Below, piece after piece: positions 39,984 to 48,722 of a stretch of 55,699 nucleotides of DNA. The first letter of the stretch is position 1. Each line of letters opens with the position of its first letter. Source of the stretch: Pseudomonadota bacterium. GTDB taxonomy: Bacteria > Bdellovibrionota > Bdellovibrionia > Bdellovibrionales > SG-bin7. Under the pieces are notes generated by a model. The model did no database searches and had not been told where the DNA came from. It was given only the letters and a program-made list of their open reading frames with translations. A program made the translations under genes and the position numbers. The stretch is taken from assembly GCA_034439715.1 (NCBI GenBank), contig JAWXAY010000093.1:1-55699 (forward strand), written 5' to 3'.

Positions 39984-41624
39984 CTAGCGCTGCTGCAGTC
40001 GCATTTTTGCCGAATTCGAAAACCCCGCAACCCCTAACCGCTGTTGATTGAGCGGAATTACTCTGAACGAGTACACTCCCCAATTAGGTACGGTTCTTCC
40101 GGGTATAAACTGAAACGTACTGTTTAGAGTGTTAAAATTACCGTACGTCAATCGATTTGGATCGGGTTGATTTCCATTAGGGTTTGAAAACTCTTGGTTA
40201 GCCTGACTTATTTCGACGTAGGCGCCGATCGCACCTTGACCAGCAAATTCGCTAACATCAAAAGAAAAAGTAACCGCGCTATTGGGGTCATTAATAGTGA
40301 TATCTGTGGCTCCATTTAATAGTGGTGTCTGAGCGTTTGTGCCTGTGTCGGCTCCGCAACCACTTACTGTCTTGACTGCCTCTACAGCTTTATAAGCATT
40401 TACTCGAGCGCCACTTAAAATCCTGCCTTGGAGAGAACTCACTTTGTCGGCACTCTCAAGTAGCGCCTTTTTTAGTTCACAAACTGTGGCCTCAGGCTTC
40501 ACCGCCAACATAAGAGCAACCACACCTGCTACTAATGGAGTGGCCATTGAGGTGCCCTGCATTTCTTGGTAACCGTCATTAGGTACCGAAGAATAAATTC
40601 CTACACCAGGTGCGCCTATATCGACGCTTGTCATGCCATAATTTGAAAAATTTGCGAGGCGATCACCAGAATCTGTGGCTGCGACGCTGACTATGTTAGC
40701 GTTGGCAAATGCCGCAGGATAGGCTGGCTGCTGATCGGAGTTTTGTGAATTATTACCGGCGGCCGCAATGAAAATTATACCAGCCTGTTCAGCGCGATTT
40801 ATGGCCCGCGCCAAAGATTCAGAACGTTGTGTGGAGCCCCAACTATTACTCATTATTCTTACTTTTTTAGCAATGGCGTAGTCGATCGCGCGTACGGCAT
40901 TGTCAACATCGCCGCCGCCATCTGTGCCGCCCAAAAATTTAAGTGCCATTATTTTTACTTTAGGAGCTTGGCCAGCGCCACCAACCCCGTTGTTCGCTTC
41001 TGCTGCAATGGTGCCCGAGACATGCGTGCCGTGGCTGCCATCATCCATAGGATCACCATCCCTATTATAATAATCAACACCGTGATTGTCGTCGATGATT
41101 CCATTGCCATCATCATCTTTGCCATTGATGGGATCGGCCGGATTCTGCCAAATATTGTTTTTCAAATCCTGGTGATTGTAATCCACGCCAGTATCCACGA
41201 CTGCTATTATGGTACTTTCCAAACCCTCAGTTATGTCCCAAGCCTGTGCTGATTGTACTACTTTGTGTGCCCACTGCCTTGAAATCGAGGGATCATTAGG
41301 TGTGCCGATAGCATAAACTCTATAATTGGGTTCAATGTAGTCGACATTTTCAGCTTGAACTAGCTTATTTAGACTTTTTTGAATTTTTGCAGAAGCAGAA
41401 TACTCGACTGATATGAGATTTTCACTTACCTGTTCTACTTTTGCGTCCTCGCCAATTTCATTTTGTGAAAGCGTTCCAGTAAATGGCTTTAGTCCAATAA
41501 GGTATTTTCGGTTTTCAGATTTATCGAGATCTATACCACGAGGGTCCTGATATTTTTCGTGTGACTTACTGCAGCCAGCACCTACAAGTGCCAAACTGAG
41601 AATGAAACATCGCATCTTTTTCAT
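39984..41624 (-). CDS. S8 subtilisin-family serine protease lipoprotein
   Basis: Lipobox GAGC; VVDTG, HGTHV, AAAGN, GTSMATP. Confidence 0.95.
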   Translation of the reverse strand: MKKMRCFILSLALVGAGCSKSHEKYQDPRGIDLDKSENRKYLIGLKPFTGTLSQNEIGEDAKVEQVSENLISVEYSASAKIQKSLNKLVQAENVDYIEPNYRVYAIGTPNDPSISRQWAHKVVQSAQAWDITEGLESTIIAVVDTGVDYNHQDLKNNIWQNPADPINGKDDDGNGIIDDNHGVDYYNRDGDPMDDGSHGTHVSGTIAAEANNGVGGAGQAPKVKIMALKFLGGTDGGGDVDNAVRAIDYAIAKKVRIMSNSWGSTQRSESLARAINRAEQAGIIFIAAAGNNSQNSDQQPAYPAAFANANIVSVAATDSGDRLANFSNYGMTSVDIGAPGVGIYSSVPNDGYQEMQGTSMATPLVAGVVALMLAVKPEATVCELKKALLESADKVSSLQGRILSGARVNAYKAVEAVKTVSGCGADTGTNAQTPLLNGATDITINDPNSAVTFSFDVSEFAGQGAIGAYVEISQANQEFSNPNGNQPDPNRLTYGNFNTLNSTFQFIPGRTVPNWGVYSFRVIPLNQQRLGVAGFSNSAKMRLQQR

Positions 41625-41708
41625 AACTCCTCCTGATCTAAAGTCCAGTCTTAAAACTGTGATCGGAGGAGTGAGAAAATTTCTTAATAATCAAAAGTTA
41701 GACGAAAA

Positions 41709-42902
41709 CTAAAAATATTGCGTTAGGCCAATTTCGCAGTAGCTGTCATTTTGCACGCCCATGAGTGGATCGACTATGGGGTCAGGAATATTTGAAAACG
41801 TCAAAGTCTTGAGCGAAAAATTCAAATTATCCATAATACGTCTATTGTATTTAAAACTAACTGTGCGGGCTTTTGTTTCGTCGTCCTCAGTGGCCCCAAT
41901 AAATATATTACTCTCGAATGCATCATTTAAAGAAAGTCTGAAGCCTAAAAAATAATCGTCTTGAAATACAGAGGGTGCAACCCGTCCTCGATCATCATAG
42001 GAATATTCGACAATCAGACCCAAATGTGTTCCAAAAAAATCGCCAAACGATTGCTCAAAGCCCAGAGTGTAGGCCCAAAAATCATTGACGTCCAAAAAGC
42101 CCGTACGACTAATGATTTCTGATTTTAAAATTAAATTCTCAAATGAATACTGAATCTCGGCGCCGGTTTGATTAATTTCATCATAAATGGGAGTGAGCTT
42201 TGTAAAAAGTGGATCGATTTCAAGTATCGGTTCACGACTAGTTCCGTAAAAATGAGAAAGTGCTATGTCAAGTTTATCAAACGTATTACCCCAGCGAAGT
42301 GCTAAATCAAAATCTTCCGGCTTTAGAATCACTGGTGACTTGGTATCTACCGGAAGGGGCGACCGTAAGCGCCCATTGGCGCTTGCAAAAGTTCGTTCGC
42401 GAAAACCAGTCATAGCGATAAACTGCCATTGACCCCACTTTGAAAGCTCAAAACGAATCATGGGTTGTCCTAATTTTTCATTGGCGTCAAACGAAGCCAC
42501 GGTATCACTTTGATTTACGATATCTACAAGGTGTTGGGTTTCAGTGACTCCCCAAAAAACTTTATCAATACCCAAAACCCAAAGTCCCCCAAAACTACTA
42601 CTTTCGATGGGGATAGAAAGTGTGAGTTCTCTGATGTCAAAATGAGTGCGATTTTTATCAAATTCATCCCAGAGGTAGTAGGGTTCAAAATGAAAGTCGT
42701 ACTTGTCAAAAACAGTGCTTTTGTATTGAGGCTTAATAAAGAATGAATTGTCGTTGGCATGTTGTTCAGTAAACTGTGGCACGTTCGGAAAAATGCGAAA
42801 TTGATAGCCCAATGGAATATTCCAATTCTCTGACCATTTCTCTGAAGCTAAGGCGGCGTGGGGCATCACACTGATGATCAGAAGGAAGAGTCGAGAGAGC
42901 AT
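41709..42902 (-). CDS. Outer-membrane beta-barrel protein (type usually paired with LolA-like/MMPL genes)
   Basis: Signal peptide; DIRE, KVFWGVTE…LVDIVNQ, KLGQPM, FRERTF; amphipathic strands; C-terminal YF. Confidence 0.7.
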   Translation of the reverse strand: MLSRLFLLIISVMPHAALASEKWSENWNIPLGYQFRIFPNVPQFTEQHANDNSFFIKPQYKSTVFDKYDFHFEPYYLWDEFDKNRTHFDIRELTLSIPIESSSFGGLWVLGIDKVFWGVTETQHLVDIVNQSDTVASFDANEKLGQPMIRFELSKWGQWQFIAMTGFRERTFASANGRLRSPLPVDTKSPVILKPEDFDLALRWGNTFDKLDIALSHFYGTSREPILEIDPLFTKLTPIYDEINQTGAEIQYSFENLILKSEIISRTGFLDVNDFWAYTLGFEQSFGDFFGTHLGLIVEYSYDDRGRVAPSVFQDDYFLGFRLSLNDAFESNIFIGATEDDETKARTVSFKYNRRIMDNLNFSLKTLTFSNIPDPIVDPLMGVQNDSYCEIGLTQYF

Positions 42903-42905
42903 GAT

Positions 42906-43691
42906 TTACTTTACACGACTTATTTGCTCGGGCGAAAAATCTTTTTCGTTAAGGCCTGCATGAAATTTAAATTCTTCAAAACGAATGACCGTAGTATTTT
43001 TTGTTTGCAGATTGGACATCGCCATTTCGCTTGCAAACCAGACTTTGTCGAGATATTTCTTATAGCCTTTTCTTTCCATTTCCTTTATTAACTGGCTATT
43101 TTTATCAAAAAACTGCGACTTTTGGGGGCGATAAGCCTCGGTATCGTACCACACAAGTACTTTTGAATAGGTGTACTCCTTATCCTTAGGTGTTTGTTCT
43201 ACTAAAAAACAAACAAGACTTCCGCAGTTTTCTTTTCGCAGGAATTTATAACTAAACTTATTAAGATCGTTAAAAGTCATGTCGTCGTATGTAAATTCGC
43301 TACCCATAAAGGCTTGGTTTCGCTCTTTTGAGACTATTCTCTTGGTTCGGCGAAGATCAGGTAGGTACAACCATTGGTCATTGGCTTTATTAGAATAAGA
43401 ATGAGTTAAGAGGGCTGTACCTTTTACGTCAGCGGGGCGATCAAAAACGACAAGGCTTTTATCATCGTCGTTTTTTCCTTCGAGGTTTTTAAGTTTTAAA
43501 AACTTACTGGCCGATCTTCCGTCGCTAAGGCGAATCTCCATCTGTAGTGTAACGCTATAGTCTTTCCAGCCACGTGCTGATTGATAGGCTTTACCTGCAA
43601 TGCGGCTTCCCTCAGAGTCGGTTGTGGTGGCCATTGCTGGAACAAAAAGTAAAACGTTAAGTGCCGCAATTCCTAAATAAAACAAAGCCAT
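42906..43691 (-). CDS. Outer-membrane lipoprotein-sorting (LolA-like) protein
   Basis: PADVKGTALL, DQWLYLPDLRRTKRI, FMGSEFTYDD. Confidence 0.88.
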   Translation of the reverse strand: MALFYLGIAALNVLLFVPAMATTTDSEGSRIAGKAYQSARGWKDYSVTLQMEIRLSDGRSASKFLKLKNLEGKNDDDKSLVVFDRPADVKGTALLTHSYSNKANDQWLYLPDLRRTKRIVSKERNQAFMGSEFTYDDMTFNDLNKFSYKFLRKENCGSLVCFLVEQTPKDKEYTYSKVLVWYDTEAYRPQKSQFFDKNSQLIKEMERKGYKKYLDKVWFASEMAMSNLQTKNTTVIRFEEFKFHAGLNEKDFSPEQISRVK

Positions 43692-43802
43692 AGGGTCTCC
43701 AGTGCAAATGAGTTATCTTAGCCTAAAGGTTAAAGATCGACAACCAACTTTCTCAAAATTGTGTTGCGGGTCCTGCCTACTAAATAGTAATATTCAGGAG
43801 AC

Positions 43803-44834
43803 GTGAATCACGACGAGATATATTCCCACCATCTTAAAAATGTCAGTCGCAGTTTTGCCTTCTGCATTGAACGCTTAAATAATCCGTTTAAACGCTGGGT
43901 AGGATTAGGCTATATTCTGTGTCGTTTAGTCGACACCGTTGAAGACTCTCCGTGGGAGAGTGAAGCTCATCAAACGGATGCCTTTGAAAGTTTTGAATCC
44001 TTTATATTGAGGCTTCCCGAAAAGACTGCGGTTAGTAATTGGGCTGCGAAATTTTCTCCGGAGATTATTGAAGCTGAAAAAGAACTCCTTCGTGAAAGTT
44101 ATCTTTTCTTTTCAGATTTAAATAATTTACCAGAGAACGTAAGGCAATCTATGGTTCGCACGGTTTTAGATATGAAGCGGGGAATGGCCCATTGGGCTCA
44201 TGGGGGCCAAGGCATTAAGTTGATTTCAATGGTCCAAGCTAACCAGTATTGTTTTTTTGTGGCTGGTATTATTGGCGAAATGTTGTCTGAGCTCTTTAGT
44301 TTCGCTGAGGACAGTTACCAGCTGACTGATAAAACTCTTGTAGATTCCTATCGATTTGGTTTTTTCTTACAAAAAATTAATTTGCTCAAAGATCAAATGG
44401 GTGACGAACCCCAAGGGCGGTTTTTGGTTCCTAATCGAGAAGAAATGCGTCAAAGCTTGTTGGTTGATGGACAAGGAGCGATAGACTATATTTTAGGTTT
44501 ACCAGTGTCCCGCAAGGATTTTCGAATATTTTGTGCTTGGTCCCTATTTTTAGGGCTGGCGTCTCTACCTTACATAGATAAAAGCTATAAAGAGAAAACA
44601 TTGCATAAGATTCCTCGTGCTAAAACGCTTTTATTGTTGGGAAAAGTTGAACTTATTATCAACAATAACGAAAAGTTAAAAAAACTTTATAACGAAATGC
44701 TTATTCAAAGTTTTTCGACGTTAATGACTGAGAAAAAAACCGCTCTAGCCAGCCGCGAAGACATTTGGCTTTATCGCTACTATCAGGGGCGCCTAACGCC
44801 AGATCAAATGAGTGAGTTAGATCTGGTTGATTAA
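43803..44834 (+). CDS. Squalene synthase-like head-to-head prenyltransferase
   Basis: VSRSFA, LCRLVDTVED, YCFFVAGIIG, FLQKINLLKDQMGD, FCA, KIPR; AGGAG RBS with GTG start. Confidence 0.8.
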   Translation: MNHDEIYSHHLKNVSRSFAFCIERLNNPFKRWVGLGYILCRLVDTVEDSPWESEAHQTDAFESFESFILRLPEKTAVSNWAAKFSPEIIEAEKELLRESYLFFSDLNNLPENVRQSMVRTVLDMKRGMAHWAHGGQGIKLISMVQANQYCFFVAGIIGEMLSELFSFAEDSYQLTDKTLVDSYRFGFFLQKINLLKDQMGDEPQGRFLVPNREEMRQSLLVDGQGAIDYILGLPVSRKDFRIFCAWSLFLGLASLPYIDKSYKEKTLHKIPRAKTLLLLGKVELIINNNEKLKKLYNEMLIQSFSTLMTEKKTALASREDIWLYRYYQGRLTPDQMSELDLVD

Positions 44835-44846
44835 TAAGACCCATCT

Positions 44847-46199
44847 CTAATGTTCAAATTTTTCGATGAGAAATCCAATTACAATCTCTTTAGCTTGCTC
44901 TAAGGGCATTTTATAATGTTGGGACAGAATTAAGCTAACAATATCGATGGATTTTTTGCCGTCGAGCGTACTTAAAATCTGAAAGGCCAATTGATGTCGG
45001 GATAGCTGTAAACTTAAAGTAGAAGGTTGGGGAATGGATTCTCCGGGATTTTGGATCCAGCTAGGCAAGGTTGAAAACGGGGCGGGCGCCTTCGTTTCTT
45101 GAATTTTTTCAGCAAAATAACAAAAGACGCGCTCCCGTCGTTGGTTACCACTATTTGGCGAAGATAAATAGGGAATGTCTTCTTGGTAGCTAGATTTAAT
45201 TTCAAATCCGAGGTCTTTAACTATCTTATTAACCTCATCGATGACGTAGTTTTCATTTTTATTAGTATGCCTAAAGCCAAGGGGGCCAAAATTTATCCAG
45301 TGGCCACCCTTTTTTAAAGAAAGATTGATTCGTTTAGCAAAGTCTTTAAAATCTTGCTTTACAATATCAATAAACCATGACGTCACGATACAATCGATGG
45401 ATTTTGGTTTTACTGGCAAGTTGCAGGCGTCGGCAAATAAAAATGAGATGCCCTCAGGTTTTAATCCGGGTCTTTGTAATAGATGTTCAACTTCAATTCG
45501 TTTTAAGGTCAATGGTGCGATCGGAGTCTCTGAGAGGAGGTAATTTTTCCCCTCAAGCAGGCCTTTAAATACAAACATTAATAGCGGGTTGATATCAACT
45601 GCAACCGAAACATTGGGCTTGAGCAGTTGGTGAAGATCGTAGGTGAGGCGTCCCGCGCCGGCGCCTAAGAAGAAAATGTTTTGTGGCTTCAAGTCCTTGG
45701 GCAATACTTTAACCAACGCTTTGAGAGTTAATTGATTTTCGTCGGTTTCCCAGCTCCAGTCACGAAAAATATTGACAAAATAACTGTCAATCGTTTGCTC
45801 GAATGGGACTTTATCAATCAAAGAAAGGACAATGTCATTAGGTTTTTTCTGTTGGACTCCCATCAAGGGAGAAAGCAGATCTTTAAGACTCTTGAGATTT
45901 CGTTCGACACCTTGCACTCCACACTGCAAGCGTTCCTTAGTCTCTGGTAACAGGCCCACGCGCAAGAGATCATCTTGCAAAAGTCTTTTTTGGTATTCTA
46001 ATTTTTGTAACAGTGCGGAAATCCGAGCTTGCCACTGCAGTATTGTTGAGTCGACAGATTTAAAAAACCAAGGGATGCCGTTAAAGTTCGGGAAGATAAT
46101 CGAACAAGCATTACAACTCAGTGAATCGTCTTTTAATGAGACATCTTGTTTGCATTTGGGACAGTTCAAAAATTCGACAAGTGCTGCTGCCTGTGACAA
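44847..46199 (-). CDS. Carnosine N-methyltransferase (N2227)-like SAM methyltransferase with N-terminal Trm112-like zinc ribbon and C-terminal PqqD-like domain
   Basis: CPKC…CNAC…GIP; FRDWS, GAGAGRL, DCIVTSWFID, GGHWINFGPL; LDGKKSI…HY…EQAKEIVIGFL. Confidence 0.72.
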   Translation of the reverse strand: MSQAAALVEFLNCPKCKQDVSLKDDSLSCNACSIIFPNFNGIPWFFKSVDSTILQWQARISALLQKLEYQKRLLQDDLLRVGLLPETKERLQCGVQGVERNLKSLKDLLSPLMGVQQKKPNDIVLSLIDKVPFEQTIDSYFVNIFRDWSWETDENQLTLKALVKVLPKDLKPQNIFFLGAGAGRLTYDLHQLLKPNVSVAVDINPLLMFVFKGLLEGKNYLLSETPIAPLTLKRIEVEHLLQRPGLKPEGISFLFADACNLPVKPKSIDCIVTSWFIDIVKQDFKDFAKRINLSLKKGGHWINFGPLGFRHTNKNENYVIDEVNKIVKDLGFEIKSSYQEDIPYLSSPNSGNQRRERVFCYFAEKIQETKAPAPFSTLPSWIQNPGESIPQPSTLSLQLSRHQLAFQILSTLDGKKSIDIVSLILSQHYKMPLEQAKEIVIGFLIEKFEH

Positions 46200-46453
46200 T
46201 CTTTCTCCTCACTTACTCCTGGCTTACTGCCGTTTATTTCATGTTCAATAATTTTTGTGGGATTGTCAAAATTCTCGACAGGTATTTTCGAATTATCAGA
46301 ATGGGCCAATAAAAATTTTCTTCTTAACTCATTTTGAGCGGGTATGAAGTTAAGTAAATACCTTGGTCTAGCCGAAAAGGTGACCAGATAGTTGATAACT
46401 GTAAAGGAACTTTCCAGGATTGAACAGCCAAAGCTTCTAAAGTCTTCTATTTG

Positions 46454-46469
46454 TGGCCTTTTGATTGCA
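46454..46469 (+). promoter_or_regulatory. Putative sigma54 promoter of the cytochrome operon
   Basis: TGGCCTTTTGATTGCA followed by a GGAGG RBS and ATG 46494. Confidence 0.7.
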
Positions 46470-46493
46470 GATAGATTTATACGGGGAGGGATT

Positions 46494-47960
46494 ATGGTAG
46501 GGGTACCTGGTCTCAAATTAAAACAATCAAGATTAATGACGATGGCTTTGTCCATATTAATATTAATTGGCACCGGCTGTGCTAAAACAGCGTTGCCAGG
46601 TCCTGATTCCTCGGTTTCTGAGCAGCTATCGCTAGGAGAAGAAAAGATCTTCACACAAAAACAGGGAGCAACGCGAATTGTGTCTCAGGCTGATGCACAA
46701 GAAACGGCAATGTTGATTTTTAGTCGCCTCGCGGGGTATCGCCCTCTATTTAATGATCCCAAAATTGTGGATATGGTGGCCAAGCTCATGGCTGGCCAGA
46801 GTATCGCTGCGGCTAAAGTAGCGACCGATGATCCCGCTTTTTGTAATAAAACCCTAAGGCTCGTGGCCACTAAGATGAGTTATCGCGATGAAAATCCGAC
46901 GAACCCTAGCAACGATTTTGTGGCAACATTTGTTGGCGCCATTTGCAAAGAAGACATTGATGCTAGAAAACTATTAACTGATAATTTTTATTTTCAGTTT
47001 GATCAAGCGCAATTATTAACTGTCCCCGCCGCACCAGCTATTAATCGAACGAATTTAACAATAGCTGCTGATGCTGATCGTCTGACCAAAATTTTGAAAT
47101 CCAACTTACATTATGAAACAATGGACGTAATACCAGGTGGATTTGACTATCGAAACCTTGTAAGAGGGCCTTCTGGAATATTAATTCGTGGACCTAACGA
47201 TACTGTTTCGTTACTTCCGGCTGAGGATGCATCGGCCTTAATTTCATCGCGTGGCTTTATGTCGGCTCACGCTATAGCCGGGACAAATCGCCGCTTATAC
47301 GAATTTATTAATAGAGAATTTAATTGCATAGCGATGGAAGATTTTGCAGATACTTCGCGCAGTGATGAGTTTGTCGCTCGTGATGTCAATAAATACGATG
47401 ATAAATATAATTCTCAGTGTAAGGGTTGCCACACCCAAATGGATGCTATGAAGTCAGCGTTTGCCTATTTTGACTTTTTTGATGGTGGCGTCGGACAACA
47501 ATACACAAAGCACTCAGGGGTTTACTTGGGCGTAAATCAAGTTCGCTTGGCTCCGGCTACGGCAGAAAACGCCAACCAATTTAAATCCTCGAACAACGTT
47601 CCTCTTGATCCTATCAATGTGTCGTGGAAGCTCAATAGAAACGCGGATTTTTACGGAAAATCTGTGATCGACAACAGATGGACCAACAATATCATGGGTA
47701 CAACTAACAGAGCCTATTTTGGATGGAATGGCGCTATGACGGGTAAAGGCGTTCAAGCTCTTGGAGTCATGATTTCTAGTTCTGAACGCTTTCCGAAATG
47801 TATAGCGGAGAGGGCCTTTACCGAGGTCTGCAAGCGCAAACCCGGAGCTGCTGATCGCCCTATGATAGATTGGGTAGCTCAACAAATGAAACAAAATAAT
47901 TATAGTGTTAAGACAGCATACCAGTCCGTTGCTACTCAGATCGAATGTATCGGTGAATAA
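46494..47960 (+). CDS. Lipoprotein with one CxxCH and PSD/DUF1549-DUF1585-like architecture
   Basis: Lipobox GTGC; IFSRLAGYRP, AGTNRR, CKGCHTQMD, C-terminal FPKCIAERAF…YSVKTAY. Confidence 0.7.
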   Translation: MVGVPGLKLKQSRLMTMALSILILIGTGCAKTALPGPDSSVSEQLSLGEEKIFTQKQGATRIVSQADAQETAMLIFSRLAGYRPLFNDPKIVDMVAKLMAGQSIAAAKVATDDPAFCNKTLRLVATKMSYRDENPTNPSNDFVATFVGAICKEDIDARKLLTDNFYFQFDQAQLLTVPAAPAINRTNLTIAADADRLTKILKSNLHYETMDVIPGGFDYRNLVRGPSGILIRGPNDTVSLLPAEDASALISSRGFMSAHAIAGTNRRLYEFINREFNCIAMEDFADTSRSDEFVARDVNKYDDKYNSQCKGCHTQMDAMKSAFAYFDFFDGGVGQQYTKHSGVYLGVNQVRLAPATAENANQFKSSNNVPLDPINVSWKLNRNADFYGKSVIDNRWTNNIMGTTNRAYFGWNGAMTGKGVQALGVMISSSERFPKCIAERAFTEVCKRKPGAADRPMIDWVAQQMKQNNYSVKTAYQSVATQIECIGE

Positions 47961-47981
47961 TTAATAAAGGGGAGTACGCAT

Positions 47982-48659
47982 ATGATATACAATAACAAAA
48001 CATTGAGAACTCTAAGTGTGAGTTTAGTTATCGGGCTGGTTGGCGCGGTAGTGATTTTCGGAAATAGCTGCGCGGGTATTAAAGCCGGCAAGTTTAAATT
48101 TGAGAGCAGTCGACCCTCGACCGCCGTGGACACATTTGGCACGGCAGAAATACTAGGCGTGGAAGGGCAAAAGACAGTGTCTTTTGCAAGCTTTGCGCTT
48201 ATTCAGGATCTTTTTGTGAGTCTCATGAATTCTCAGCTACCTCTCGGCCAATCTTGTACAGGTGATGCCAATATTCAACTGGCTTATGAAGCGAACAGGG
48301 GTTCTTTTTCATTAGATGGTGCCGCTAACTCTTATTCGGCAGAAATGCAAATGGCAGTCATAAAGCTAGCCGCGGCTGTATCCCTTTGTGGTGTTCAGCG
48401 GGGCGCAGTATTTTTAGGCGGGACAAACGCCGCAAGTGCTTTAGCATCTGTTGATGCCGCAAAAATTGCTTCGATCTCGCAAAGTGCAGGCATGGTTTTC
48501 TGGGGCGGAAAATACGACGCCGCATTGTTACCGCAACTGAATCTCTTGGTTTCCGATATTAAGGGCAGCATCAGGGCCCCTGCAACAGGCGCTACTCAAC
48601 AGGTATTGGTGGGTCTATTGACCAGCATCATTGCTTCGTTTTGGGGTATAGAAGTTTAG
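47982..48659 (+). CDS. Helical exported/lipoprotein hypothetical protein (FGNSC signal)
   Basis: GGAG RBS; hydrophobic stretch ending FGNSC; position within the operon. Confidence 0.7.
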   Translation: MIYNNKTLRTLSVSLVIGLVGAVVIFGNSCAGIKAGKFKFESSRPSTAVDTFGTAEILGVEGQKTVSFASFALIQDLFVSLMNSQLPLGQSCTGDANIQLAYEANRGSFSLDGAANSYSAEMQMAVIKLAAAVSLCGVQRGAVFLGGTNAASALASVDAAKIASISQSAGMVFWGGKYDAALLPQLNLLVSDIKGSIRAPATGATQQVLVGLLTSIIASFWGIEV

Positions 48660-48722
48660 TAATAGATTTCGAAAAGAATATTTTTTAACAGATTTTAAAA
48701 TTTTTTACTTGGGGAGATTGAG

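Noticed and set aside
31957..41690. Possible sigma28/FliA promoters (TAAA/TAAG…CCGA) near 31960-31987 and 41660-41687
   Set aside because: Spacing is variable and matches are weak in AT-rich DNA; not supportable without a trained matrix
46166..46654. 162-aa minus-strand ORF and the 46392 TTG start
   Set aside because: Both run across the sigma54 motif and RBS; the minus ORF is antisense to the lipoprotein, and ATG 46494 has the better RBS and signal peptide
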